Source: Eukaryota sp. GEM-RC1
Taxonomy: Eukaryota
Reading direction: 5' to 3'
Assembly: GCA_040285855.1 (NCBI GenBank)
Contig: JAUFOQ010000002.1
Location: forward strand, 1,798,001 to 1,862,000
Length of the DNA: 64,000 bases
The notes below the pieces were generated by a model. That model had not been told where the DNA came from. It worked only from the letters and a program-made list of their open reading frames with translations, and ran no database searches. Both the position numbers and the translations under genes were made by a program. Positions 12,899-23,328 of this stretch are shown piece after piece (the stretch's first letter is position 1; the number at the start of each line of letters is the position of its first letter).

Positions 12899-13951
12899 CT
12901 GTGCTTTTCACATGAGATCCTTAATTCACATTTTCACTCCCAATTTTGGACCCAATTTTTTCCTTCCTTCGTTTAGTGTTTCCACACCACTTTTCATTGG
13001 ATGACCATAAACATCACGTTTGTGTCTTTTATAGTTCTCTACACACACTATATCCTTGCTTGCGATGCTCTTGCTTCCTTACTTCGTGTTGATTCAACCT
13101 TTTGTTGAAATGAAATGCCACAAACTGTCACAGATCATCTTTTACACTCCTTCCCAGTCACTGGGTTGGTCTTTGGATCGAATCATACGTTGATTTTATT
13201 TCATCAGAACGACTCTGAAATTGTGAAAGTCTTCTCATGCTTCATCTATCTTTTGTATCGTCACCACCTTCTCTGTTAAGTTGTACTTTATGGACATTAT
13301 CATCATTTGGTTTGTAGATACTGAAATGTAAGGATCTTTTATGAGACAACACGGGTGTGCAGGATCTGATAACTGTGTAGAACTATTTAGCGTCACTGTA
13401 GGATACGTTTCTGTATCATTTGTTTCATAAAGAATACAGTTTTTGCTTATGTTTTTCTGGTCCACTGTCTTTTTATGAACAAGGGAGCGATGAATAGTTG
13501 AGGGTGACACGCTTTTATTGAGATAAGTCTGAACTACTTTGGAGAATTCGTGTAGGAACAGAAGAGGTTTCTGGGAAAGAACATTCTCAATAAAATCACC
13601 GTCATCATTGCTGAGGATACAACAGGAGTCCTGAGGAACTAGTTTGGGGTTAAAGAGATCTTTGATCCATCTACTGATAGTTGTTTGGTGAACCCAGAAT
13701 ACTTGAGAAATTGCGGACAAGAAAAAAGTAAGTATAAAGATCACGAACTCTGGTATCGGAAGTGGTGTGATAACGGAGTTTTGTCAAGTCAGTTATGGCA
13801 ACATCATCCAGACCCCGAACTTCCCTCCTGTTCACTGTAAGCAAGTAAAAGATCAGATTTATAGGACATATCAGCTTGACAAAAATGAAAGACTAGAAAA
13901 TGGGAATCAGGAGTGAAAATTCTTGATAAGCACCCAAAATAAAATCCACAG
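12899..13951 (-). mobile_element. Non-autonomous IS630/Tc1-like element inserted in Fanzor copy 1
   Basis: TA duplication at 12897-12898 and 13952-13953; CTGTG...CACAG ends; removing it restores KWNTWL-GEDHNSKT; contains an HTH fragment (13235-13744) similar to the 3988 transposase. Confidence 0.85.
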
Positions 13952-16900
13952 TAACCAAGTGTTCCATTTCTCAATTTTCATTGTCACAGTTATTGGAATA
14001 TCATCACCTGCTCTCACGGTAGTAGTACCTGATCTCCTTCTAACAAGGTACTGGTGGATTCTTTTATGCTTTCTTGAAACTCTAGACCACTCAGCATATG
14101 TCAATCGTAAGAAGTTGTATTTCTTCAGAGGATTTTGAGTTTCCCTATTTGATTTTGATGCAAGTTGTAGCATATCTCTCTTTCCAATGTCCACATAAAC
14201 CATTTGTTTAGAAATAAAATCAGACCTATCACATTCATTGAAATATTGTACTTTTACTGAAGCTTTCCTTGAATCAGGTTTACATTTCATTCTTTTCAAA
14301 TCCTTTCTCACAAATTGAAAACAAATCGAAATTCCATCAGTTACAGCATAGTTGTTGAATTCAAAATTGGCTTTGTCAAAACTTCTGTCATCATAGTTAA
14401 ACCATCTTTTCCAATAATCCTGTTGTTGAGAATGGGTCAAGTTTTTAATCTGATCAGCAGACATGTAATTAGTCACTTTTGAATGTAAAGGACCAATCTT
14501 CTTATCATTATTCTTATATCCAAAACAGTGCTTAGCCAGTCCCCAAAGAGTTCTTGTGTCTATTGGGAAAAAACAGGGAGTATTCTCTAAACTTAGAGGA
14601 ATTACATTATACAACTTAGCACCCTTTGATTCCAAGTAATCTGAGATTTGAAGAGAATTTCTTAGAAAATGAAGTGGATACTCCTGAATTGTGTAAAGTA
14701 AATTATGAACGTCTACAGTTTCATTGTCGTTAGTAGTGATTGTAGCAGGAAATATGATGTTAAATCTTTGAAGTAATTCTGGAATTTTATCAGCCATTAG
14801 AGAATTAACCTGTTCAAATATTAACATACTGAAATCATCATCAAAAATTTTAGAAACTTCATCAATAAACTTAACATTTTCAGGGTGAGTGGCAGAGTTA
14901 AAAGAATTAATATACTGTAAGGCTTCATCTCTAGGTCGATACAAAATCTGGTCTTTCAACATCTTTAATCGAAATCTGAAGTAACTAGTGAACTTTTGAG
15001 CTTCACGACCTGTTAGTCCTGCAAGTTCTGGACCTAAAACCAAATTACGTTTCTTCTTCATTCCCTTTTCAAACTCTTTCTTACCCATTACTGTATTGAT
15101 AAATCTTTTAATGTACAACTCATAATTGCGGCGAATATTTAGTTCAAACGCAGGCCACATTTCATACTGAGTAGTGTATTCAAAAGCTCTACTGATGTGA
15201 TCAAAATCCAGTTCTGGTATATGACATTGGCCAAATGTATCAGTAACACAGTGCTTATATCCGGGGTAGTTTGAATTGGCAGTATAGATTCCTTCACCAG
15301 CAACAAAATCACGAAGATCTGTATCAATTGTTGATATAGGATGATTATTTGAAATTTTGAATCCATGAACTTCAGATGAAAGATTTCTAATTGAAAGCAT
15401 TGTATGATAAAACAACTTGTAATCAAACTAAGACAAATCTTGTCCAAGACGATAGCGAGCCAACAGATATTCTTTAACACACATTGTAGTCTGTTGTCTT
15501 AACGCATTGTAGAACTGAGATCCTAAAAGCATGACATCTTGAACTTCTTGATGTTTTACCACACTAACAACTGAAGTTTTAATAGAAGCCCATGATTGAA
15601 AAACAATTTTGTCTTTTTGAAATAAAATAAACAATTTAAACGCCAGAATTGAATCATGAAGACAGTAGTTGATTAGAGTTTTCATTCTTTTATCATTTCT
15701 TAAACAATCAACTGGGTGTAAGTGATCCAAGTCTTTATCCAATTTCAATTTAGGCTCAGAAAGTAAATTCCAAGATAAATTGGCTAGACTACAACCATAC
15801 TTGAGACCAATATGCTTTTTTTGCAAATAAGAAGGTATCCAAAACTGTAAAACCACTGTGATCTTTTATGATATCCAGCCATCTACTATGTAAAGGTAAC
15901 TCAATTGGATTTGGAATTGTTCAAAGAGGAATGTCAAGAGCCCACATTCTATTGTCAATTATGGGCAAATCAAAATTGAAAATATTATGTCCAATAAAAG
16001 CATTTGGTTTATATTGATTAACAATATTAGCGTATGTAACCAATAATTCGTTTTCATTTGGGAAGTCCAAAAGATCTAATTTAAAAGCTGGTGTTTCTGA
16101 TTCACTGAATTTGATTTTATAGTTGTAGTCAGTGTAAAGGACGATTGAGTTGTCAAATTGTAACTCACCATTGGATTGCAATTTTGCAATAATGACAGAG
16201 ATCATGATGATTTGTTGATCTGCGAGAAACTCAAGGTCGTAAGCTTCTTTCTCAAAATCATTCATTAACAATCTTCTCTGTTTCAAAGACTCTTTTTCCG
16301 TTCTACGATGTTCATTCAATTCTTTGTTCACTCGTGTAGGAATTCTCTCATTGATATTTCTTGTTTCAATATCAATTATAAAAACTGTAGGAAGGGAGTT
16401 ATCGACAACAGTATCAGTTGCAATGTCAATAAATGGAATTCTTGATTCTTTTTCCTTTTTTCCTTTAACAACTGGAATTTCCTCAAATTCATTCAAAGAA
16501 CCAGTTGAACCTTCAACTACTTGCGAACTTTGACATTCTTCGTCAGTTTTAGGAAATTTTGTACAACCACTAGATTGATCATACAGTCTCTGTTGACGTT
16601 TAGAACCTTGTTCTTGAGGACGATGAATTACTGACGAATGACACTTTTTTGGTTTCCGTTCTAGCCGTCGTGCTTTAGAGTTTTTGACGGATGTGTCAGA
16701 TGAAGAAGAATAACTTGACGAAATTTTATTAGTTACTTCTAGAGTTTTACGACGAGATGACTTACGTGTAGTACTTTCAGAAGTGTCAGAAGATTTATTT
16801 CTTTTCCAGCAGGTTGATTAGTTTTGGGACATTGTGTCTTTCTTCTACCAGTAGAAACTTGAGTTGTTTGTTGAACTTCTATTGTTTGTTGTACTATTTC

Positions 16901-17616
16901 TCCAGACAAGATTGAATTTAAAATTTGTTGAGCAACAGATCGATGTTGACCAGTGTGAGTGTCAATGATGAGATTCAAAATTCTTTTCCTCATTTCTAGA
17001 GCATCATATTCATTGAACAATCGAACTTGAAGTAGAATTACGTTGATATCTAGTGACGCTTGTTCAAATTCAACAAATTTACTCATGTACTCTAAAATAA
17101 AAGGTCCACAGTCACCTTTGGTTTGGTGTTGAGTTACGAAAAGCCTTCCTAAATAATGATAATTGAAAGGAAAAAAACACGCTCATGAAATTGTCTAATA
17201 ACATCTTCGCAACGACCTAAAGTATCTGAAAACTTTTGATGTTGATTTTGAGTAAACATTGGATCAAGGGAATAGTATCTTTTTCTCTTAATATCACAAA
17301 TCAACAGAGTCCAGTGAGTTGCTTCATTATTAAAGATACCATCGTTTATTGGAATAAACAAATATTGTTTGGTTGGTGGTCTGGAAGAATTCATCAAATC
17401 TAAGGTTTCTTGAAATAATTTGTGAAGATGCCAACGATCTCTTTCTTCTTCAGCCAAATTGTCCTCTGTAATTGCAAGTGACAATGCTTCACACGAGAGA
17501 TATGAACATTTAACACTATGTTCAGTAATGTACTGTCCATAAAAGTCTACAATAGTGGTCCATAACCAACTATGAGGTAGCAAAGAATCAATATTGGAAT
17601 GATTTTCAATTAGATC

Positions 17617-17664
17617 GGGTCCAGGATTAGACTCAATGTCCCCGTCCATAGTCAAATCACGGAG
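17617..17664 (-). other. 2A-like StopGo (ribosome skipping) motif LRDLTMDGDIESNPGP
   Basis: Exact D(V/I)ExNPGP consensus, in frame and directly upstream of the protease domain. Confidence 0.85.
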
Positions 17665-18196
17665 AAATTGTGATGACTGGAGATTTATTTTGGATTTTGT
17701 AATGCAACAAGAACCACTACAGTATGGAGTACTATAACAGAAACAAAAAAGAAATAGAAGAGATTTGAGGATCGAGGGACCCATGAAAATCTACATAAAG
17801 ACCTGACGGTCTTGAGTGAAAAGACAACAAACCAAGCAAAGGAGTGATCTGATGATCAAAAGACCCATGGAAGGCTCCTGACAGTGGGGGAGACGAAGCA
17901 CAGTGAGATATCTAACCAACACGAAGTCGATAGACATCTCACTAAGCGAATGATCTTAAATTTCTGTTTGAACTATTTGTGGTTAATGTCTACATTGACA
18001 TGTTGACATCTTGACAAGTTTGAGAATATGTCACTGATACAATAACAGTTGATGTCGTACTAATTGTAACTAACAGTATATGGTATATGATGTGAAATTG
18101 GAAAAAAGAAAACAATATTTATTCTATAATTACAAAACTATGTGTATAAATGATTCCACATCACTGTGGAAAACTTACCTAAATCCATGAAGCAAT

Positions 18197-18499
18197 CTAA
18201 TTGACATCATCCATGGTGTCGTCGTCATGTTTTTCTGAAAGCTCCAATTGGCTTTCTAAGAGCTCCTCATCGTTAAAAGCACATAACCTTGCAGCTTGTG
18301 CTGTCAACATTGCAAGTTTTGATTTATTAAAATCAGTGTCGCAGTTGTCTGAAGTATTAGAGTAATACCCGACCAAGACCTCCCACATTTCATTGGTTTT
18401 GAGAAGGTTTAGATCTCCATAAATAATATTTGCATACCTGGATCTTGTCAACATAACATTCAGTCGACGATAGTCTGTTAAGAAACCCAAACTTTGCAA
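18197..18499 (-). pseudogene. UPF1/DNA2-like SF1 helicase C-terminal fragment (AAA_12)
   Basis: GFLTDYRRLNVMLTRSRY..IIYGD matches helicase motif VI region; 5' part missing. Confidence 0.75.
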
Positions 18500-18958
18500 A
18501 TCTTGTTCTTTATTAAAAAAAGCAGAATGTATCTAGCGCTTTATTATCTCTTGGCAGACATTATGAGCATAAGGTCGGTGAAAATTTCCAGTTAGGCAAT
18601 CTGGACTTTGAGGATATTGATTATTAGATGTATGTACACTGTAGTGTTGTTGTCTATTACTTTTAGAATAAATAATGAGACTTCAAAAAAAAATTACACA
18701 TGTCAACGTTTACATAAGAAAACCTTAAAGTAATTTCTGACGCTGATGTCTCCATCACTTCCCATCACTCCTGGATCTACTTCTCGTACTAGTAAACCTT
18801 ATGTATCTGTTTCCACTAGAAGCAGACTTCGAGCAAAATATCATCAATCTCCAACACCATCTCCTTTTGCTCATTAAATAAATCATTGATGATTTGGTAT
18901 GTTTAGTTTGGTTGTGGAACCCGTATAATTTTAGTCATTGTTACTTTTATTTTTTTGA

Positions 18959-20131
18959 ATGGGAACTCGTATAGTAATCCTTACTTGCGATGGACTTCCC
19001 ATCTTCTCCACAGCCTTTCACACTGATCCACTAGTCTTTCCTGGTCTGGGTTTACTTCATGCCACTCTTGCTTCTTTTGAAGACTGTTCAACCAAACTAT
19101 CCTACATTAAAACCTCTGATTCCCATCTCTTCTTCCACAACTTCTCTTCCCACGATAATGGCATTCGAATGCTCTTCTCAGTTCCCACCACTCTTGACAA
19201 CGATTCAGCTGAACAGATCCTAACTTTCCTTATCCCAATCTTCCATCTTTTCCTTGGCAAACTCATCTCCCAACCTGTATCTTCCTCTGCTTCTCGCATT
19301 GAACGCCTCAAATCTTTATTCGCCACTACTCAACCTCTACTCCACTTCATCTTCATCACCTCCAATGTACCACTAGCTAATCTTCCCTTCTTCCTCCAGT
19401 CCTGTCTTTGTTCTCCTTATATTAGTCCTGCGCTGGTTGCTAGCTCTGATACTAGAATTGAACAACTTCTACTAGATTTGTCGATGTTTGACAAGAGTAA
19501 TAACTTTTTATTCTCGTGTATGGTTTCAACTAACTATCTTTCTGGTATTAATTGGCCAGTCATTTTGACTGCCACGAAAGGTTGTCTGCAAGTCAATATG
19601 TCAATTGTTTCTACTTTGATTGTTCATTGTTTTGCAACCCTCGGACTTTCCTCTTTCGGAGTTATGACGGTCAATTTTGATAGAAAGTATAACGTTTACA
19701 TTTCCAAAATAGGAGATGGATATTACTTGGTCTCCGTGGGTCTAGTTCCTATTGAGCAACGACTTGATACTTTTATTAATTCTACAATTAATTTATTTCA
19801 AAATTTTGAAAATTGGGAGATTTTGTTTGATGCAGCTAAATCATTACCGGTCAATTTTGAATTAAAATCAGATGTTAAAATGTGTTGGTTTGATGTTCTT
19901 GAGGGATGTAGGTTGCTGACACATTCTCCTCAATGTTTTAATGATATTTTAAATATTTTAAAAGTGTTTCCTTCTTCAATTTCTGTTGGTGATCATGAAA
20001 ACAGACTAATTTTGGGTAATTCTTTTGGTATTGTTCTTTCCAACGAACTTTCTGGGTTTGTTGATTCGAATATTTTAAAATATTTCAATTCTTTCGCTTC
20101 CAGTAATCGTGATTTGTTTGTTGCTGAGTAG
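18959..20131 (+). CDS. Fuzzy-like longin-domain protein
   Basis: N-terminal ILTCDGLPIFS...LVFPGLGLLHA resembles the FUZ longin-1 domain. Confidence 0.6.
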   Translation: MGTRIVILTCDGLPIFSTAFHTDPLVFPGLGLLHATLASFEDCSTKLSYIKTSDSHLFFHNFSSHDNGIRMLFSVPTTLDNDSAEQILTFLIPIFHLFLGKLISQPVSSSASRIERLKSLFATTQPLLHFIFITSNVPLANLPFFLQSCLCSPYISPALVASSDTRIEQLLLDLSMFDKSNNFLFSCMVSTNYLSGINWPVILTATKGCLQVNMSIVSTLIVHCFATLGLSSFGVMTVNFDRKYNVYISKIGDGYYLVSVGLVPIEQRLDTFINSTINLFQNFENWEILFDAAKSLPVNFELKSDVKMCWFDVLEGCRLLTHSPQCFNDILNILKVFPSSISVGDHENRLILGNSFGIVLSNELSGFVDSNILKYFNSFASSNRDLFVAE

Positions 20132-20775
20132 AATGTCTTGATATTTATCGAATCAGTTCTTCTATGATTCCTTGTTAGTTTGATTGTGCTAAACCCATCA
20201 GTACATGTACTTTTTGACATTTGCAGAGTCATTAAATACTGTACTTAACGCTTCAGTCTATTACGGCCTTTAAACTATTCTTGGGAAACAAATTCTGTCC
20301 ATCAATGTCTAACTTTAGTATATATTCCGTTGAATTCATTTGATTCTTTGGTCTAATGGTTTCTTTTTACTGACCTGGTTCCGTTCACTGATGATAACTA
20401 TAAGCCAATCGTCTTCAGTTCACAAGAAGACTTCCTCTCACGTTTATTTGTTGTCCTAAAGATTGTTTATTAGTGTATTTGTTAAGTTACCAAGTGCATT
20501 ATAAACCGTTTACTACTAAATACTACTACTGTTTTACTAATTGTAGTTTTATTGTGAGACTCTTATGGGAGTGGGCCACCACCATAACCAGTTGTCCAAC
20601 AAACATACATGCGTTAAAGACTGTTTGCTTATAAGCATGCTAGTAGTTGTGAATTACAACTTGTGACAGTGTTCTGTCACTTGCAATTCACAGATACTAG
20701 CCATTGCTATAATGGCTAAAGTGATTTATAAGTTACTATTTGCAGCGCAAAAACTAAAATAATGATCAATTAATC

Positions 20776-21270
20776 CAGGGCATCGAAAAGTTGAATTGCC
20801 AATACAATTATTTGAATACATTGGTATGAAACATTGATTGGTTCAATTTAAAACACTGAAACATTGATTGGTACGATGTTCGAACATTGGAACATTGGTC
20901 AATTAAAATTTGCGCCTTTTGTCTCAAGACCACAAAACGCAATACCAAATTGCACCTGATAAAGATACAACATGTCCTTTATGAACTAAATACATAACTA
21001 TTATAATTTTCATGTTGTACTACTACTAGTAGTGGCAATATTTGAAACATTGGAACACTATCAAACATTGCAACATCGTGTGGATCAAGTGGTGGTAAAC
21101 TTTATTCGGCACCCAATAAAGTAACCTTCCTACAAAACTATGAAATTGTAAATAATTGGATCAATACCTAACATTGAAATATTGATTGGTTCAATTTGAG
21201 ACATTGACATTGGTATTGGTTAAATACCAATCATTGACATTGTCAATCAATTCAATTTTTCCGGGCCCTA
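20776..21270. mobile_element. hAT-like MITE
   Basis: Imperfect TIRs CAGGGCATCGAAAAGTTGAATTG / TAGGGCCCGGAAAAATTGAATTG; subterminal ACATTG repeats; near-TSD CAATTAA on both sides. Confidence 0.6.
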
Positions 21271-21450
21271 CAATTAAACTGTCATCAACTAACAAGTGGT
21301 CCTCTGAAATGACATATTTACAGAGAGACCAACACCAATTCTCATACAATATTCTGACAATTTAACAAACTGTAACATTGAATGAGTATGTCATGTTGTT
21401 AGTAGGGTAGGTTCAAGTTTTAAATTTGACATCTTCCAAACTGAACCACA

Positions 21451-22869
21451 ATGGGCTTGAGTGATTTCGTTTCAGCTGTAGGATCTATCTTTTCTGGTAA
21501 ACCCAATGTGGAGACTATTCTAAGTGACAGTTTTCCTCTTCTGCCACAACACCATGTTCGAACTGTATTAACCCGAGCCAATGGTGTTGGAGAACATGCG
21601 TCTCACATTCTCTCAAGACATCATACTGATCTAAATGCTTTAATGCTTGATTTTCCACACATTGACCAAGAATCCCTCACAAACCGCTTCCTTGTTCACA
21701 AATGTTCTTATAGCTTAACTAGATCAGAACTTCTCAACCAATCCCCTGCTAATGGCCATTCTTCCAGTGTCCGCAACGTACCTAAGCGTAACAATAGAAA
21801 GAGTGTTTCTCTAGCGGATCTCAATGATCTCAGTAGTAAGTACAGTTTTCTCCCTCCTGAACATATTGAGTCTATTTGTCAAACATATCCCAAGAATTCT
21901 GCTCTTACTCTCCTTATGAACAGAAATCGAGACGTACAAAGTCTATTTGACAAGTTTAAACAGCATCTTGATCATGAAACTATTTGGAAAGTTTATTTCG
22001 AAAAGAACTTCAACAAAGATATGTCAGAAACTCGTCTAAAGAATCTAAAAATATCAAAGAACCCCACATTTCCCAGTCAAAATGTTCAAAAACCTGCTAT
22101 TCCAACGAAACCCAAACCTTCAACCAGCCATCCTAATTTTTCAGTTGAAAGTGACCATTTGAATAGTTACGAAATTCAAGAACTGACTCGTTTGTTTGAG
22201 GAATTTCCTACACTTGATAGGCCAATAATTGAACAACTTTTCAAAGATAATTATAATCTGTATCATTCCACTAAGAGAGCTATTAATCAAACTCTGGTAT
22301 TTCAGAATAGTAATAGCAAACTTTCTCCCAAGACCAATGTGCCCAAAAAGGAACCAGTTGCTAAAGGAACACGATCACAATCATCACGTCATCAAGGTCA
22401 CGTTGACGATCATTATTCTAAAGAGACAGTTATTGTTGAAGAAGATTCGTGGAAAGAAACAACTAATTACGAAAATCATCCTGATATTCTTGCGGGAATG
22501 ACAATTGACAATTTTGAAGAACTTTTAATTCTTGAACAACGTTTGACCATGACTTTAGCTGTGTTTAAAGAAACTTTACCTCCAAATTCTTTGGAATCTC
22601 ATAAGGGTTTTCGTGAACTCCAAGAATTAGTTTCTAGTGCCAAGCAAAAGATTTCTGGTTTAATTTCGGGATCTCTTAGTGCAAATTCAAGAAATCTGAT
22701 TGAAACTTGTCAATTACTAGAAGTAATGCAACGAAAAAACCTCAAGAAAGTGCTTGAAATCAATTGTACAGACAACTCGAATAACGATTTACTAATTGCA
22801 TTGGAGTCGAACAATTTAAATGTTTTACCATCACCTTTTTGTGATTCAATATTGTATGTGAAAGTGTAG
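21451..22869 (+). CDS. Multi-CUE-like repeat protein, paralogue B
   Basis: LSDSFPLL, LMLDFPHID, LFEEFPTLD repeats; homologous along its length to 7454-8890. Confidence 0.6.
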   Translation: MGLSDFVSAVGSIFSGKPNVETILSDSFPLLPQHHVRTVLTRANGVGEHASHILSRHHTDLNALMLDFPHIDQESLTNRFLVHKCSYSLTRSELLNQSPANGHSSSVRNVPKRNNRKSVSLADLNDLSSKYSFLPPEHIESICQTYPKNSALTLLMNRNRDVQSLFDKFKQHLDHETIWKVYFEKNFNKDMSETRLKNLKISKNPTFPSQNVQKPAIPTKPKPSTSHPNFSVESDHLNSYEIQELTRLFEEFPTLDRPIIEQLFKDNYNLYHSTKRAINQTLVFQNSNSKLSPKTNVPKKEPVAKGTRSQSSRHQGHVDDHYSKETVIVEEDSWKETTNYENHPDILAGMTIDNFEELLILEQRLTMTLAVFKETLPPNSLESHKGFRELQELVSSAKQKISGLISGSLSANSRNLIETCQLLEVMQRKNLKKVLEINCTDNSNNDLLIALESNNLNVLPSPFCDSILYVKV

Positions 22870-22998
22870 ATTTAATCAACTATTGATTGTATTTTCTTTA
22901 AACAATCTAGAATTCTTCTTATTACATATCTTACAACACTACTGACAAGAAACACTACGATTCCTTTTGTATCATCGTCTTGGAGGAGGAGGAGGAGG

Positions 22999-23283
22999 TT
23001 AGCAACATATCTCGGATGAGATCAAGAATCTTCTCTTTGCTGGGTACAGAGGACAATGAAGTGCCGCAACGTACTCCCAAAGCCTTCTGCAAAGCTGAGG
23101 GTCACAACTAGCTAGAGAGCGGACAAAGGCACAGTTCACACTGATAACTGAAGGAGATGGGGAACGATGACCTCTGAAGACGTACCAGAGTTGATTAATC
23201 GCCAGTTGAAGGGTTTGAGAATCGGAAGGAACCATCTTGAGCTTGATTTGGTTGCATTGACTCATGAGGAAGTTTGGATTCAA
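22999..23283 (-). CDS. Small hypothetical protein
   Basis: ORF in a gene-sized gap downstream of GST; no family recognised. Confidence 0.3.
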   Translation of the reverse strand: MNPNFLMSQCNQIKLKMVPSDSQTLQLAINQLWYVFRGHRSPSPSVISVNCAFVRSLASCDPQLCRRLWEYVAALHCPLYPAKRRFLISSEICC

Positions 23284-23328
23284 ATTTGAATTTATTGCTT
23301 CTGCTTCTTTTGACTTCTACAACAGAAC

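Larger units (their letters stand above)
12255..17784 (-). pseudogene. Fanzor polyprotein copy 1: 2A - Ulp1/C48 protease - DEDDy (PolB-type) exonuclease - Fanzor RuvC; disrupted
   Basis: HWTLL (17311-17316) and QHQTKGDCGPF (Cys 17108-17110, after A7 shift at 17171); ExoI IIDIET, ExoII GHNIFNFD, ExoIII YCLHD; Fanzor IKTSV, TDGIS, YVDIG, IGD, NDERNTSSKCPEC, HGLLEC, WNRN. In-frame stops at 15921, 15428, 12768 and a 1053-bp insertion. Confidence 0.85.

Noticed and set aside
13235..13744. IS630 transposase as the cognate mobiliser of Fanzor copy 1
   Set aside because: It lies inside a TA-flanked insertion that interrupts the RuvC domain
12768..15923. Alternative genetic code (stop-codon reassignment) to explain in-frame stops in Fanzor copy 1
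   Set aside because: All three stop types occur, and host genes in the window end normally with TAA, TAG and TGA
15428..16496. A complete family B DNA polymerase (Polinton/Maverick or viral)
   Set aside because: Only the proofreading exonuclease domain is present; no polymerase palm motifs (DxxSLYPS, YGDTDS), integrase or capsid genes were seen
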